Positions 47,268 to 56,598 of a stretch of DNA of 64,000 nt are shown piece after piece. Below the pieces are notes generated by a model, which searched no databases, was not told the DNA's origin, and worked only from the letters and a program-made list of their open reading frames with translations. Within the stretch, counting starts at the first letter, position 1, and each line of letters begins with the position of its first letter. Source of the stretch: Puia sp. (GTDB lineage Bacteria > Bacteroidota > Bacteroidia > Chitinophagales > Chitinophagaceae); the NCBI GenBank assembly GCA_041481385.1, contig JBGPBW010000001.1, positions 1,531 to 65,530 on the forward strand, read 5' to 3'. The translations under genes were made by a program, and so were the position numbers.

Positions 47268-47384
47268 TTTTTCGGTTTTTCCGGTCCCTGCCTGAAAAGG
47301 ATTTGCGTTTCATTCATCATACACTGAACTTTGTGTTGAATGAAACGTTTTTGATTAAAACAATCCATAAAATAATCAGATAGT

Positions 47385-47858
47385 ATGAAAACAAGTATTG
47401 GTATTTCAGAAACTAATCGCAAAACCGTTGCAGATCAGCTGGGGAAATTGCTCGCTGATGAATTTGTTTTATATACCAAGACGCTGAATGCGCATTGGAA
47501 CCTGGAAGGACCCGACTTTCACTCGGTCCACCTGTATTTTGAAGATTTGTATAACCAGTCGCAGGAAATCGTCGACTCCGTTGCAGAACGCATCCGTCAG
47601 TTGGGTCATTATGCCCCGGCGACGCTAAACGATTTTCTCAAACTCACCCACCTGACCGAACAGTTAAAAGGGGGTAATACCAGCCTGGACCTCATCAAAA
47701 ACCTGCTCGCAGATCACGAATCCATTATCGAATTCATCCGTAGCAACATTAAGGAATTCGATGAAGCACACAAGGACGCGGGCACCAGTGATTTTGTCAC
47801 TGCCCTGATGGAAAAGCATGAAAAAACAGCCTGGATGTTACGCGCTCATTTAAAATAA
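47385..47858 (+). CDS. dps: DNA starvation/stationary-phase protection protein Dps
   Basis: KTLNAHWNLEGPDFHSVH, DSVAERIRQLG and HEKTAWMLRA. Confidence 0.95.
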   Translation: MKTSIGISETNRKTVADQLGKLLADEFVLYTKTLNAHWNLEGPDFHSVHLYFEDLYNQSQEIVDSVAERIRQLGHYAPATLNDFLKLTHLTEQLKGGNTSLDLIKNLLADHESIIEFIRSNIKEFDEAHKDAGTSDFVTALMEKHEKTAWMLRAHLK

Positions 47859-48034
47859 CATGGTTTTTCTACCGGGTACGTAGTTCTACGAGGCAAATTG
47901 AGGGGATATGCGCTTGGGCCTGTTCCGGTACAAGTTTATATTTGATGTATCCAATATCACTGAAACAACCGAATATCCCTGAAAAACCAGCTTGATTTAC
48001 CGTCCTTCAGAAAACCTTAAATTCAAGTTCTTTG

Positions 48035-48066
48035 AAAAACCCCCGATGAATATTTGGGGGTTTTTT
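48035..48066. terminator. Hairpin with flanking A/T tracts (terminator-like)
   Basis: aaaaacccccg-atgaatatt-tgggggtttttt downstream of dps. Confidence 0.6.
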
Positions 48067-48086
48067 CTTTTTATCCCCTTCCAAAA

Positions 48087-48144
48087 CCTTCAACCGCCAA
48101 CCGTCAACCGTCATCGGTCAACGGTCAACGGTCAACGGTCAACG
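48087..48144. repeat. Heptamer tandem repeat, CCGTCAA/CGGTCAA family (8 units)
   Basis: ccttcaa ccgccaa ccgtcaa ccgtcat cggtcaa cggtcaa cggtcaa cggtcaa. Confidence 0.85.
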
Positions 48145-48285
48145 AAAAAAGCCATCCCCCTTTTTAACCTCTCCGCCTGTATTCAGTACGAAATATTTCG
48201 TTTTATCCCCCTCGCGGCGGCATTTTATTCCTTTTTTAGTATTGGGACGAATTAGTCTATAATTTTAATCAGCATTCAATTCCAT

Positions 48286-48723
48286 ATGTTGATGAGTACA
48301 AATCCGACCAGCCAGTATCGGCGCATTATCATCAGACGTTCAAATGAATACGTACTGTTCAAGACGGATGAGATCGCATATTTTTTCCTAGAAAATAAAA
48401 CCTGTTATATGGTCGACAGGAACCAGGGGATTAAATATGTTATCCCGAAAACACTCCGGGAACTGACGATGGCATTGGATCCGACTGATTTTTACCGGAT
48501 AAATAAGAAATACCTCGTTCATATTGAGGCGGTCAGAAAATTCAAGTTATGTGTGGCAGGCAGGATTGAAGTCGAATTGCATCCTGCCCCTAAAGAAAAG
48601 GTTTTTATCAACCAGGTGAGGATGCAGGATTTCAAAAAATGGGTAACACAAGGCAGTAACGAACAATCAGGTCCGTTATTTGAAGATATATTGGAGACTC
48701 CTGCGTGGGTCCCCGAGTACTAG
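48286..48723 (+). CDS. Stand-alone LytTR DNA-binding domain protein
   Basis: DEIAYF, TLRELTMALDPTDFYRINKKYLVHIEAV; no receiver domain. Confidence 0.88.
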   Translation: MLMSTNPTSQYRRIIIRRSNEYVLFKTDEIAYFFLENKTCYMVDRNQGIKYVIPKTLRELTMALDPTDFYRINKKYLVHIEAVRKFKLCVAGRIEVELHPAPKEKVFINQVRMQDFKKWVTQGSNEQSGPLFEDILETPAWVPEY

Positions 48724-48773
48724 TTTTATTTTCTCATGTGACCGCGGGTGGTTTCTACCACCTGCTTTTTTAT

Positions 48774-49403
48774 TTAAATCAGTTTGTTCTCCCGCGCAGT
48801 ACGTATGGCATCAGCCTTGGAATGAACATTCAGTTTCGCATAGATATTTTTGATATGGCTTTTTACAGTTTCATTATCAATAAATAGTTCGTCTGCAATT
48901 ACACGTCTGTTTTTCCCCTTGGCGATTTCTTCCAGGATCTGAGTTTCCCTTCTCGACAACGGTGAATGGGAATTTCTTTGAAATGACCGGATGACCAGCT
49001 GGGCAACATTGGCACTCATCGAAGCACCACCTTGCATGATCTCCCGGATGGATTCCATAATCTTTACTGCTGAGCTGTTTTTCGTCAGATAACCGGAAGC
49101 ACCATTTGCCAGGGCCCGGAATATGATTTCTTCGGAATCATGAACCGTACAAATCAGAATCAGCACCTGTGGTAGAATGCTCTTGAACCGGGGGATGGCT
49201 TCAATACCGGAAATGCCCGGCAGGCCCACATCCAGCATCACCAGGTCGGGATTGTCTTCTGCGAGTTTCTTGATTGCCTGTTCAGCTGTAGAGTAGGTAT
49301 TGATCACCTGGTATCCCTGCTTTTCGCCAATCAGGAAGCGATAACCCTCACGGATTACTTTATCATCTTCTACGATAACTATCCTGACAGGAGTTTCTTC
49401 CAT
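48774..49403 (-). CDS. NarL/FixJ-family response regulator (REC plus LuxR HTH)
   Basis: IVEDD, MLDVGLPG, GYLTK and LSRRETQIL...TVKSHIKNIYAKLNV. Start ATG 49403. Confidence 0.93.
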   Translation of the reverse strand: MEETPVRIVIVEDDKVIREGYRFLIGEKQGYQVINTYSTAEQAIKKLAEDNPDLVMLDVGLPGISGIEAIPRFKSILPQVLILICTVHDSEEIIFRALANGASGYLTKNSSAVKIMESIREIMQGGASMSANVAQLVIRSFQRNSHSPLSRRETQILEEIAKGKNRRVIADELFIDNETVKSHIKNIYAKLNVHSKADAIRTARENKLI

Positions 49404-49451
49404 CGTATCCAAAAATTTGTATAAATTTCCATGATTTCCCGGAGATGAAGC

Positions 49452-49468
49452 TCCCCCCAAATGGGGGA
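49452..49468. promoter_or_regulatory. Palindrome TCCCCC-N5-GGGGGA in the RR/HK divergent region
   Basis: Perfect 6-bp arms between the two start codons. Confidence 0.35.
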
Positions 49469-49521
49469 ATTATCCGGAACAACCTGGCCCTAAAGTTAGT
49501 TTATCTAATAGTTTTTGGAGC

Positions 49522-52512
49522 TTGCGCCTAATTAGGTTCTGCACGACTGATTCTTTTGATATGCCCGGAATACTGCGCTTTTATAAAAGACTTTTTTGTA
49601 GCTGTTTCTTTTTCCCGGCTTTTTTGTCCGCGCAAAAATTCCATTTCCAGAATTATAATGTTCAGCAGGGCCTGATTCAGTCGCAGGTACTCGCCATCAC
49701 TCAGGATCATTATGACAATCTCTGGTTTTGCACCCTCGGCGGCGTATCACGCTTCGACGGAAGGGTATTTACCAATTACAGTGAAACCGATGGTCTTCTT
49801 AACAATTATGCCAACTCGATTCTGGCTGATCACGATTCAAATATCTGGATTGGCACTGCGTATGGTATTTCCAAGTTCAACGGAGCGACGTTCAAAAACA
49901 TCCGGCTATCAGAAAAGCCAGTTGAAAATGCTGTGCGTTCCATCCAGGAGGATGCGATGAACCGGATCTGGGTTTTAATGGGAGGTAAATTATACCAGAT
50001 CGATCAAAACAGTAAACCGGTCCGGAACGATATTACCGGATCTTATGAAAGAATTACAGCCATTCAGATAGACCGCCAGGGAATATTATGGGCTGCTGTA
50101 ATGAGCAAAGGCATTTTCCGCCTCGATAACCAATCCTGGAAAAATGAAATTCCGATGCCCGAAAACAATGAAATGGGCATATGTCAGAAAATTGTTTTCG
50201 ATCAGAGGGACAATAATAGAATGTACCTGCTCACCTACAATTCGCTGCTCTCAGTAAACCAGGGAGCTGTCAGGAAGCTGTTCCATGCCGACAATATGGG
50301 AAATTTCAACAACATGTACCTGGACAAATCAAACAGGTTATGGTTGTCGGGTAGTCACGGTCTATTCCAGTATTCTGATTCAGGTTTAATTTCTTTTAAT
50401 CCCGGAAACGGTTATGAAGGTAGTTGGACAACAGCCATTTTTCAGGACCGGGAAAGTAATCTATGGTTTGGAACCAATGGTACAGGCGTGTTTCGATACT
50501 CATCCCAGCCATTCCTGATCTATGATCAGTTTAGAGCGGCAGGAAATGCCGGTATCATGCCGATACTTGAAGACCATGGTCGTCTTTTTCTTGGAACCGA
50601 AGGCTCAGGATTGTTTATGAAAGACGACGAAGGCGTCAGGCGTGTGCCGGGTATTTCTGATGCACCAAGTGATCAAAACATCACGGGACTTTATCATGGG
50701 CCTGGCGACGTGATATATATTTTGGCGAGCAGCGGATTATTTACAAAATATGAAAACGGGAAAGCAACCAACATCAACCTCAGTTCATTGAAAGGATGTA
50801 TTAACGCGGTGCTTCCGGATGAACAGGGCGGATTCTGGGTGGCGTCCTGCTGGGGACTGGCCTATGTTTCTTCAACAGGTAAAACAGATCATATTTTAAA
50901 TACTTATTCGAACCGGATTTTAAGGGTATCTAAAGACTCTCTGCTTGTGGCAACTGATGGCGGACTTTATCTGGTGAGTAGCGATGCCAAATACAGAAAA
51001 ATAAATGACTCCCTGTTAAACATTTCCAGTTATATGTCCCTCGCTGTATTGGGAAAATATTATTTACTGGCTACCGCAAACAGGGGTTTCATTATTTATA
51101 ATACAACGACAGGGCGATTTAAGCAGTTAACGACTAAAGATGGATTAAATGCCGATTTTATTTACAGCGTGGTCTCCGATCAGAAAAATAAAATCTGGCT
51201 GGGAACCGGAAGAGGAATCAATAGAATAGACTTCGATACCCTGTCAGAAGCCATAAAAATTTCAAATCTTTCTGTGCCGGGCGATATTTCATCAGCCGAA
51301 TGCAACCAGGGTGCTGCATTGTATGACCATCAGAATAATCTTTGGTTTGGTACGGTCTCCGGTCTCTTTAAATATTTCCCCGATTCTGCCAAGGGACAGT
51401 CCTATTGCCCGCCCGTCGTCCTTCAGGCGGTGGAAGTTTTTTCAAAAGAAATTCCCGCACAGCGTTATAGTGGTATGCTAAACAACTGGTATTCGATTCC
51501 CAGGGATCTGGTGTTGAAGCATAACGAGAATCACCTCACTTTTGCGTTCAGGTGTCCCAGTTATCTCCACAGTGAAGGCATATTATACCAGTATCAGCTG
51601 GAAGGTATGGAAAAGACCTACTCGGCACTAACACCCAATCACTTTGTCGTATATCCCGCCCTGCCTCCGGGTCACTACACTTTTCATGCAAGGGCATTTA
51701 TGGAAGGTGTTGGTTTTTCCAAAGACAACGTAAATTTTACTTTCGACATCAAGGCAGCGTTTTATCAGACCCTGTATTTCAGATTCCTGATGCTGCTTCT
51801 TGTGATGGGGTTGATCCTTTGGGTGCAGTGGATGCGTATGCGATCCAGAGAAATGCGCATCCGGCAAATTGAGGAAGTGAAACGGGAAGAAAATATTAAA
51901 GTGCGACAAACGGCTTCTGAAGATTTTCACGATGAAGTGGGAAACAGTCTGACCAGGATACAGGTACTGACAGATGTACTGTATACCAAACTCGGCATGG
52001 GACACGATGAAGAAAAAAGGCTGATCGGTCAGATCAAGGAAAATGTAAGCGGATTGTACCAGGGTACACGGGATATTCTCTGGGCTCTAAACCCCGAGAG
52101 TGATGTGGTCAAAGAAATTGGTCACCGGCTGGAAAGCCTGGGCATCGACGTTTTCCAGGACACGGGAATTTGTTTTTCATATGAAAATGGACTGGGCGAA
52201 TCAGAAAACCTGAAACTGCCGGGAAATTACAATCGGAATATCATGATGATTTTTAAAGAAGCTATGAGCAATTCCCTGAAACATGCACAGGCGCGTCATG
52301 TAAAATTAAAGATTCAAAAAACAGAAACTCAGGAAATTACCATCCAGCTCTGTGACGACGGCCTGGGTTTCAATCCCCTGTTTATTAAGAAGGGCCATGG
52401 GTTCCAGAATATGCAAAAAAGGGCCAACCGGATCAAGGCCGTTTTTACAACGGACAGCAGCCCGGGTAAGGGTGCTCGTTATGTACTACGGATCCCGATT
52501 TCAACTATTTGA
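49522..52512 (+). CDS. Sensor histidine kinase with periplasmic Reg_prop propeller, Y_Y_Y and HisKA_3/HATPase
   Basis: Propeller repeats, YPALPPGHYTFHARA, TM, DFHDEVGNSL H-box, EAMSNSLKHA N-box and DDGLGF. Start uncertain. Confidence 0.92.
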   Translation: MRLIRFCTTDSFDMPGILRFYKRLFCSCFFFPAFLSAQKFHFQNYNVQQGLIQSQVLAITQDHYDNLWFCTLGGVSRFDGRVFTNYSETDGLLNNYANSILADHDSNIWIGTAYGISKFNGATFKNIRLSEKPVENAVRSIQEDAMNRIWVLMGGKLYQIDQNSKPVRNDITGSYERITAIQIDRQGILWAAVMSKGIFRLDNQSWKNEIPMPENNEMGICQKIVFDQRDNNRMYLLTYNSLLSVNQGAVRKLFHADNMGNFNNMYLDKSNRLWLSGSHGLFQYSDSGLISFNPGNGYEGSWTTAIFQDRESNLWFGTNGTGVFRYSSQPFLIYDQFRAAGNAGIMPILEDHGRLFLGTEGSGLFMKDDEGVRRVPGISDAPSDQNITGLYHGPGDVIYILASSGLFTKYENGKATNINLSSLKGCINAVLPDEQGGFWVASCWGLAYVSSTGKTDHILNTYSNRILRVSKDSLLVATDGGLYLVSSDAKYRKINDSLLNISSYMSLAVLGKYYLLATANRGFIIYNTTTGRFKQLTTKDGLNADFIYSVVSDQKNKIWLGTGRGINRIDFDTLSEAIKISNLSVPGDISSAECNQGAALYDHQNNLWFGTVSGLFKYFPDSAKGQSYCPPVVLQAVEVFSKEIPAQRYSGMLNNWYSIPRDLVLKHNENHLTFAFRCPSYLHSEGILYQYQLEGMEKTYSALTPNHFVVYPALPPGHYTFHARAFMEGVGFSKDNVNFTFDIKAAFYQTLYFRFLMLLLVMGLILWVQWMRMRSREMRIRQIEEVKREENIKVRQTASEDFHDEVGNSLTRIQVLTDVLYTKLGMGHDEEKRLIGQIKENVSGLYQGTRDILWALNPESDVVKEIGHRLESLGIDVFQDTGICFSYENGLGESENLKLPGNYNRNIMMIFKEAMSNSLKHAQARHVKLKIQKTETQEITIQLCDDGLGFNPLFIKKGHGFQNMQKRANRIKAVFTTDSSPGKGARYVLRIPISTI

Positions 52513-52712
52513 GCTTATTTCAGGAATTTAACAACGGGCTCCTCAAAATCATCTTTTTGAGGTTTGGTGGTCTTTTGAGGCAAAAAGGCCTTCCTGAACC
52601 CGCTGAAAGGCGTTATTTTGAACAAATCAGCTGTTTATTGTAAAAAAAACAGGGTAATCAAGTTTGGTACTAAACTATTGTGGTATCTTGTCGGCTATTA
52701 AATTGTATTGGA

Positions 52713-53039
52713 ATGAAAATCTTTGTAGCCGGTCTGCCTTTCGCCGTTAGTGATTCAGAATTGCAAGAATTGTTTGAACCATACGGTACCGTTGGTTCAG
52801 CAAAAGTTATTTTAGACAGAGAAACCCACAAAAGTCGTGGTTTCGGATTTGTTGAATTTTCAAGTAATGAAGAAGCAGAAAAAGCCATTAAGGCCCTCGA
52901 CGGCACCAGCCTGGAAGGAAGAACGCTTACTGTAAAAGTTGCTGAAGATAAAAACCCCGGTGGCGGTGGTTCCCGCGGTGGCGGCGGATCCCGTGGCGGT
53001 GGTGGTGGTGGATATAACCGTGATCGTAACCGTTACTAA
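52713..53039 (+). CDS. RRM RNA-binding protein with Gly-rich tail
   Basis: RNP2 IFVAGL, RNP1 RGFGFVEF and GGGGSR tail. Start ATG 52713. Confidence 0.95.
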   Translation: MKIFVAGLPFAVSDSELQELFEPYGTVGSAKVILDRETHKSRGFGFVEFSSNEEAEKAIKALDGTSLEGRTLTVKVAEDKNPGGGGSRGGGGSRGGGGGGYNRDRNRY

Positions 53040-53062
53040 GCCTGGCTTAGTCGGTTAATGTG

Positions 53063-53090
53063 AACGCTCAACGCTCAACGCTAAACGCCT
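53063..53090. repeat. Heptamer tandem repeat AACGCYN (4 units)
   Basis: aacgctc aacgctc aacgcta aacgcct, 23 bp after the RRM stop. Confidence 0.7.
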
Positions 53091-53208
53091 TTGTTGGTGG
53101 ATGGTTTTTGGAAAATGGAGATGGTTAAAAATCATTTAATCTATCGCCGTGCCCGGATACCATCCACCTTTTTTTTAGATATTCTGCCTGCTCTGTTAAA
53201 GTGATTGT

Positions 53209-54168
53209 ATGCGTATACTTGCTTTAATACTATTGTCGCTAATCCCCTTAGTTCCTCTCTTTTCTCAGGTTGCTCAAAATTCTGATTCGGTTTTCCAAAA
53301 AACCCAAAAGCCACTTCGCTTCATCGTATTCGGGGACTGGGGCCGCAACGGTGAAGATAATCAGCGGGAAGTCGCGAGGGAAATGGGCATCGTTGCAAAA
53401 AAATTCAAGCCTGAATTTATTGTTTCCACCGGCGATAATATATATCCCAATGGCGTTCGCAGCACGCGCGACCACAACTGGATTGCTTCATTTGAAGATA
53501 TATACACGGCCCAATCTCTGCAAACCGACTGGTGGGTCGTGCTCGGCAACCACGATTACCGCGGTGATCCGCAGGCAGAAATTGATTATTCTGCAGTAGA
53601 CCGTCGTTGGAATCTGCCGGCAAGATATTATTCAAAAACATTTTTCATTGGCGAAGACAGTACAAACGGCGTACTGCTCATATTTCTGGATACCACTCCT
53701 TTTTTATCTGAATCTTATATCGGTGATAAAATCCATGTACAGGGTCAGGATACAGCTATGCAGCGAGTCTGGCTTGAAAAAACACTTGCGGAAGCACCAG
53801 CGAATGTCAAATGGAAAATAGTATTCGGGCATCATCCGGTGTATACGGGCGGGGGCAGGATGAAAGCGAAAGAGACGGTGGAAATGAAAAATTTATTTAA
53901 ACCGATATTTGAAAAATATCATGTCAATGCTTACATCTGCGGACACGATCACAATCTTCAATACATCAAACCACCCGGATTTACGCACTATTTTGTTTCG
54001 GGTGCTGGTGCAGAATTATCAAATACCGTCGTACATCCCGAAGGGGGCGTTTATGCCCGGGCGATTAATGGCTTCATGAATTTCAGTGTATACGGTGAAG
54101 AAATGCAGGTTCACCTGGTCAGCCTGACCGGGGAGAAACTTTTTTCTGTGAAAATCCCGAGGAACTAG
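53209..54168 (+). CDS. Exported metallophosphoesterase, purple/tartrate-resistant acid phosphatase-like
   Basis: Signal peptide; GDWG, GDNIY, GNHD, GHHP and GHDH motifs. Confidence 0.9.
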   Translation: MRILALILLSLIPLVPLFSQVAQNSDSVFQKTQKPLRFIVFGDWGRNGEDNQREVAREMGIVAKKFKPEFIVSTGDNIYPNGVRSTRDHNWIASFEDIYTAQSLQTDWWVVLGNHDYRGDPQAEIDYSAVDRRWNLPARYYSKTFFIGEDSTNGVLLIFLDTTPFLSESYIGDKIHVQGQDTAMQRVWLEKTLAEAPANVKWKIVFGHHPVYTGGGRMKAKETVEMKNLFKPIFEKYHVNAYICGHDHNLQYIKPPGFTHYFVSGAGAELSNTVVHPEGGVYARAINGFMNFSVYGEEMQVHLVSLTGEKLFSVKIPRN

Positions 54169-54285
54169 GCTTAAGGCTTGAGGCCTGAAGCGTGAAGCTA
54201 CAAACCTGTTATAAACCATATGCAAATTATACTGTTTAGTATTTAGGCCTAAAGCTTCAAGCTTCAAGCCTCACGCTTCAAGCCC
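54166..54285. repeat. Two inverted heptamer arrays (RAGGCTT/GAAGCNT and CAAGCYT) around a 43-bp spacer
   Basis: taggctt aaggctt gaggcct gaagcgt gaagcta (54166-54200, starting at the TAG stop) and taggcct aaagctt caagctt caagcct cacgctt caagccc (54244-54285). Confidence 0.8.
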
Positions 54286-54310
54286 AATAACTTAATTTGC
54301 ATTTCCAAGC

Positions 54311-56131
54311 ATGGCTGTAATACAACGTAAACCGGGCTGGAAAGAAAGGCTCAATGCACTTCGGAATCTTCCCGCCTTTTTTAAACTCGTTTGGGCATCA
54401 AGCCCCTGGATGACCGGACTGAACGCAGGTCTCCGCCTGATGCGCTCCGCCATTCCGGTTACAGTTCTATATGTTGGAAAACTGATCATCGACGAAGTGA
54501 TTTTGCTGAATCGTCATGCCGGTCCCATTTCAACACATCATCTTTGGATGCTGATCGGTTTTGAATTTCTGCTTGCTCTTTTTAATGACGCATTGGGCCG
54601 GAGTATTTCCCTGTTGGACAGCCTGCTGGGCGATCTCTTCGGAAAACTGAGTTCCGTCCGCATCATGAAACACGCAGCCATGCTGGACCTGGAACAATTT
54701 GAAGATCCGGTTTTTTATGATAAACTGGAAAGGGCCAGGCAGCAGACCACGGGCAGGACCATCCTCCTGTCGCAGGTGCTGAGCCAGGTACAGGACCTGA
54801 TCACGATGGGATTCCTCGCAGCCGGACTGGTTTTATTTAATCCCTGGCTGATCGCTTTATTGTTTATCACGATCCTGCCTTCCTTTATCGGAGAATCCTA
54901 TTTCAATGATCAAACCTATGCGTTAAGCCGGCGCCAGACGCCGGAGCGGCGTGAGCTGGACTACCTGCGATATCTCGGTGCCAGTGACGAAACCGCCAAA
55001 GAAGTAAAAATTTTCGACCTCTCCGATTTTATCATTGGTAAGTTTGAAACACTGGCGAACAAATTTTATTTCAGTAACCGTCGGATCACCATCAACAGGT
55101 CATTGTGGGGAGCAGGTTTCACCCTGATGGGTAGCCTGGGTTATTACGGGGCATATGTATATATCATTCTGGAAACCATTTCCGGTAGGATCAGTATCGG
55201 TCAGCTCACTTTTCTGGCAGGTTCCTTCCGTCAGCTCAAAGCCCTGATGGAATCTATTCTTACACGCTTCAGCGCAGTTTCACAAGGCGCCATTTACCTG
55301 AGCGATTTTTTTGAATTTTTCGATATCATGCCCGGTATTACAACAGTGAAAAATCCACTCCCTTTTCCAAATCCCATTCGCTGGGGTTTCACTTTCGAGG
55401 ACGTGGGTTTTCGCTATCAGCATACAGAAAACTGGGCCACCAGGCACCTGAATTTTAGTCTTGGCGCCGGAGAAAAAATCGCGCTGGTGGGTGAGAATGG
55501 TGCGGGCAAAACGACCCTGGTTAAACTGCTGGCCCGGTTGTATGAACCGACGGAGGGTAAAATTCTGCTCGATGGTATAGATCTTCGGTTGTACGACCTT
55601 GTTAGTCTCCGGCAGAATATCGGAATCATTTTCCAGGATTACCTTCGTTACCAGATGCGGGTTTCTGATAATATCGCCGTAGGTAATATTCTGCAGAAGG
55701 AAAATGAACCCCTGATTATTTCCGCAGCAGAACAAAGTCTGGCTGCAGACCTGGTCAGCCGTCTGCCTGCCGGATACGATCAGATGCTGGGTAAAAGATT
55801 CCAGGAAGGCATTGAGTTATCCGGCGGTGAATGGCAGAAAGTAGCCCTGGCCCGGGCATATATGCGTCAGGCCCAGGTGTTGATCCTGGATGAACCTACA
55901 TCCGCCCTGGATGCACGCGCTGAATACGAAGTATTCCAGCGTTTTGCCGCGCTGACTCAGGGTAAGACGGCGGTGCTGATTTCACACAGGTTCTCAACCG
56001 TCAGGATGGCTGACCGGATCCTGGTATTGCAGTTTGGGGAGTTGATCGAAAGCGGTACCCATGAAGAATTGATTGAACATAAAGGCAAATATGCAGAGTT
56101 GTTTGCACTGCAGGCAAAAGGTTATCAATGA
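54311..56131 (+). CDS. ABC exporter, fused permease and ATPase
   Basis: N-terminal TM domain, Walker A GENGAGKT, LSGGEWQK, ILDEPT and SHRFSTV. Confidence 0.93.
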   Translation: MAVIQRKPGWKERLNALRNLPAFFKLVWASSPWMTGLNAGLRLMRSAIPVTVLYVGKLIIDEVILLNRHAGPISTHHLWMLIGFEFLLALFNDALGRSISLLDSLLGDLFGKLSSVRIMKHAAMLDLEQFEDPVFYDKLERARQQTTGRTILLSQVLSQVQDLITMGFLAAGLVLFNPWLIALLFITILPSFIGESYFNDQTYALSRRQTPERRELDYLRYLGASDETAKEVKIFDLSDFIIGKFETLANKFYFSNRRITINRSLWGAGFTLMGSLGYYGAYVYIILETISGRISIGQLTFLAGSFRQLKALMESILTRFSAVSQGAIYLSDFFEFFDIMPGITTVKNPLPFPNPIRWGFTFEDVGFRYQHTENWATRHLNFSLGAGEKIALVGENGAGKTTLVKLLARLYEPTEGKILLDGIDLRLYDLVSLRQNIGIIFQDYLRYQMRVSDNIAVGNILQKENEPLIISAAEQSLAADLVSRLPAGYDQMLGKRFQEGIELSGGEWQKVALARAYMRQAQVLILDEPTSALDARAEYEVFQRFAALTQGKTAVLISHRFSTVRMADRILVLQFGELIESGTHEELIEHKGKYAELFALQAKGYQ

Positions 56132-56493
56132 AAACTGAAGGAATACAAAAAATATGTCCCCGTTGCAAAAAGGAATTCATTTGTCATGCCGAAAACATAT
56201 CAGCATGCGCCTGTTCCAAACTCGCGTTGAGCAATGAAACCAAATCTTTTCTCGCTAATACATTTTATGACTGCCTCTGTACGGGTTGTCTTGGAAAACT
56301 TAATGAGCTTGTAGCCCTGGAAAAACAATATCCCTTCCCGGGCAGGGGCGGAGATCTGATTGAAGACGTGCACTACTACAAAGAAGGCGACTTCCGCGTA
56401 TTTACCGAGTTCTATCTCATTTCCAGGGGCAACTGTTGCCGTAGTGGTTGCAGGCACTGCCCTTATGGTTTTCAGAAAAAGTGGGCAGAATAG
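56128..56493 (+). CDS. Cys-rich CWC-like plus DUF5522-like fusion protein
   Basis: CPRC-x5-C, CxC, CLCTGCL and RGNCCRSGCRHCPYG; ATGA overlap with the ABC gene. Confidence 0.78.
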   Translation: MKTEGIQKICPRCKKEFICHAENISACACSKLALSNETKSFLANTFYDCLCTGCLGKLNELVALEKQYPFPGRGGDLIEDVHYYKEGDFRVFTEFYLISRGNCCRSGCRHCPYGFQKKWAE

Positions 56494-56598
56494 AATGCTT
56501 TCTCGATACCTTCGCCCAAATTTTGGTGTTACTTCAAAAATTTGCATTTCTGTTTCCAAATAGTTATTAATAATAGTTGATTATTTAATTTAATTCTA

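Noticed and set aside
47943-47959. Single TGATGTAT downstream of dps as another regulon site
   Set aside because: There is no partner repeat at +11 and no second pair at 52 bp.
47992-48255. 87-aa ORF
   Set aside because: It reads through a terminator-like hairpin and the heptamer array (TVNRHRSTVNGQRST); it is a repeat artefact.
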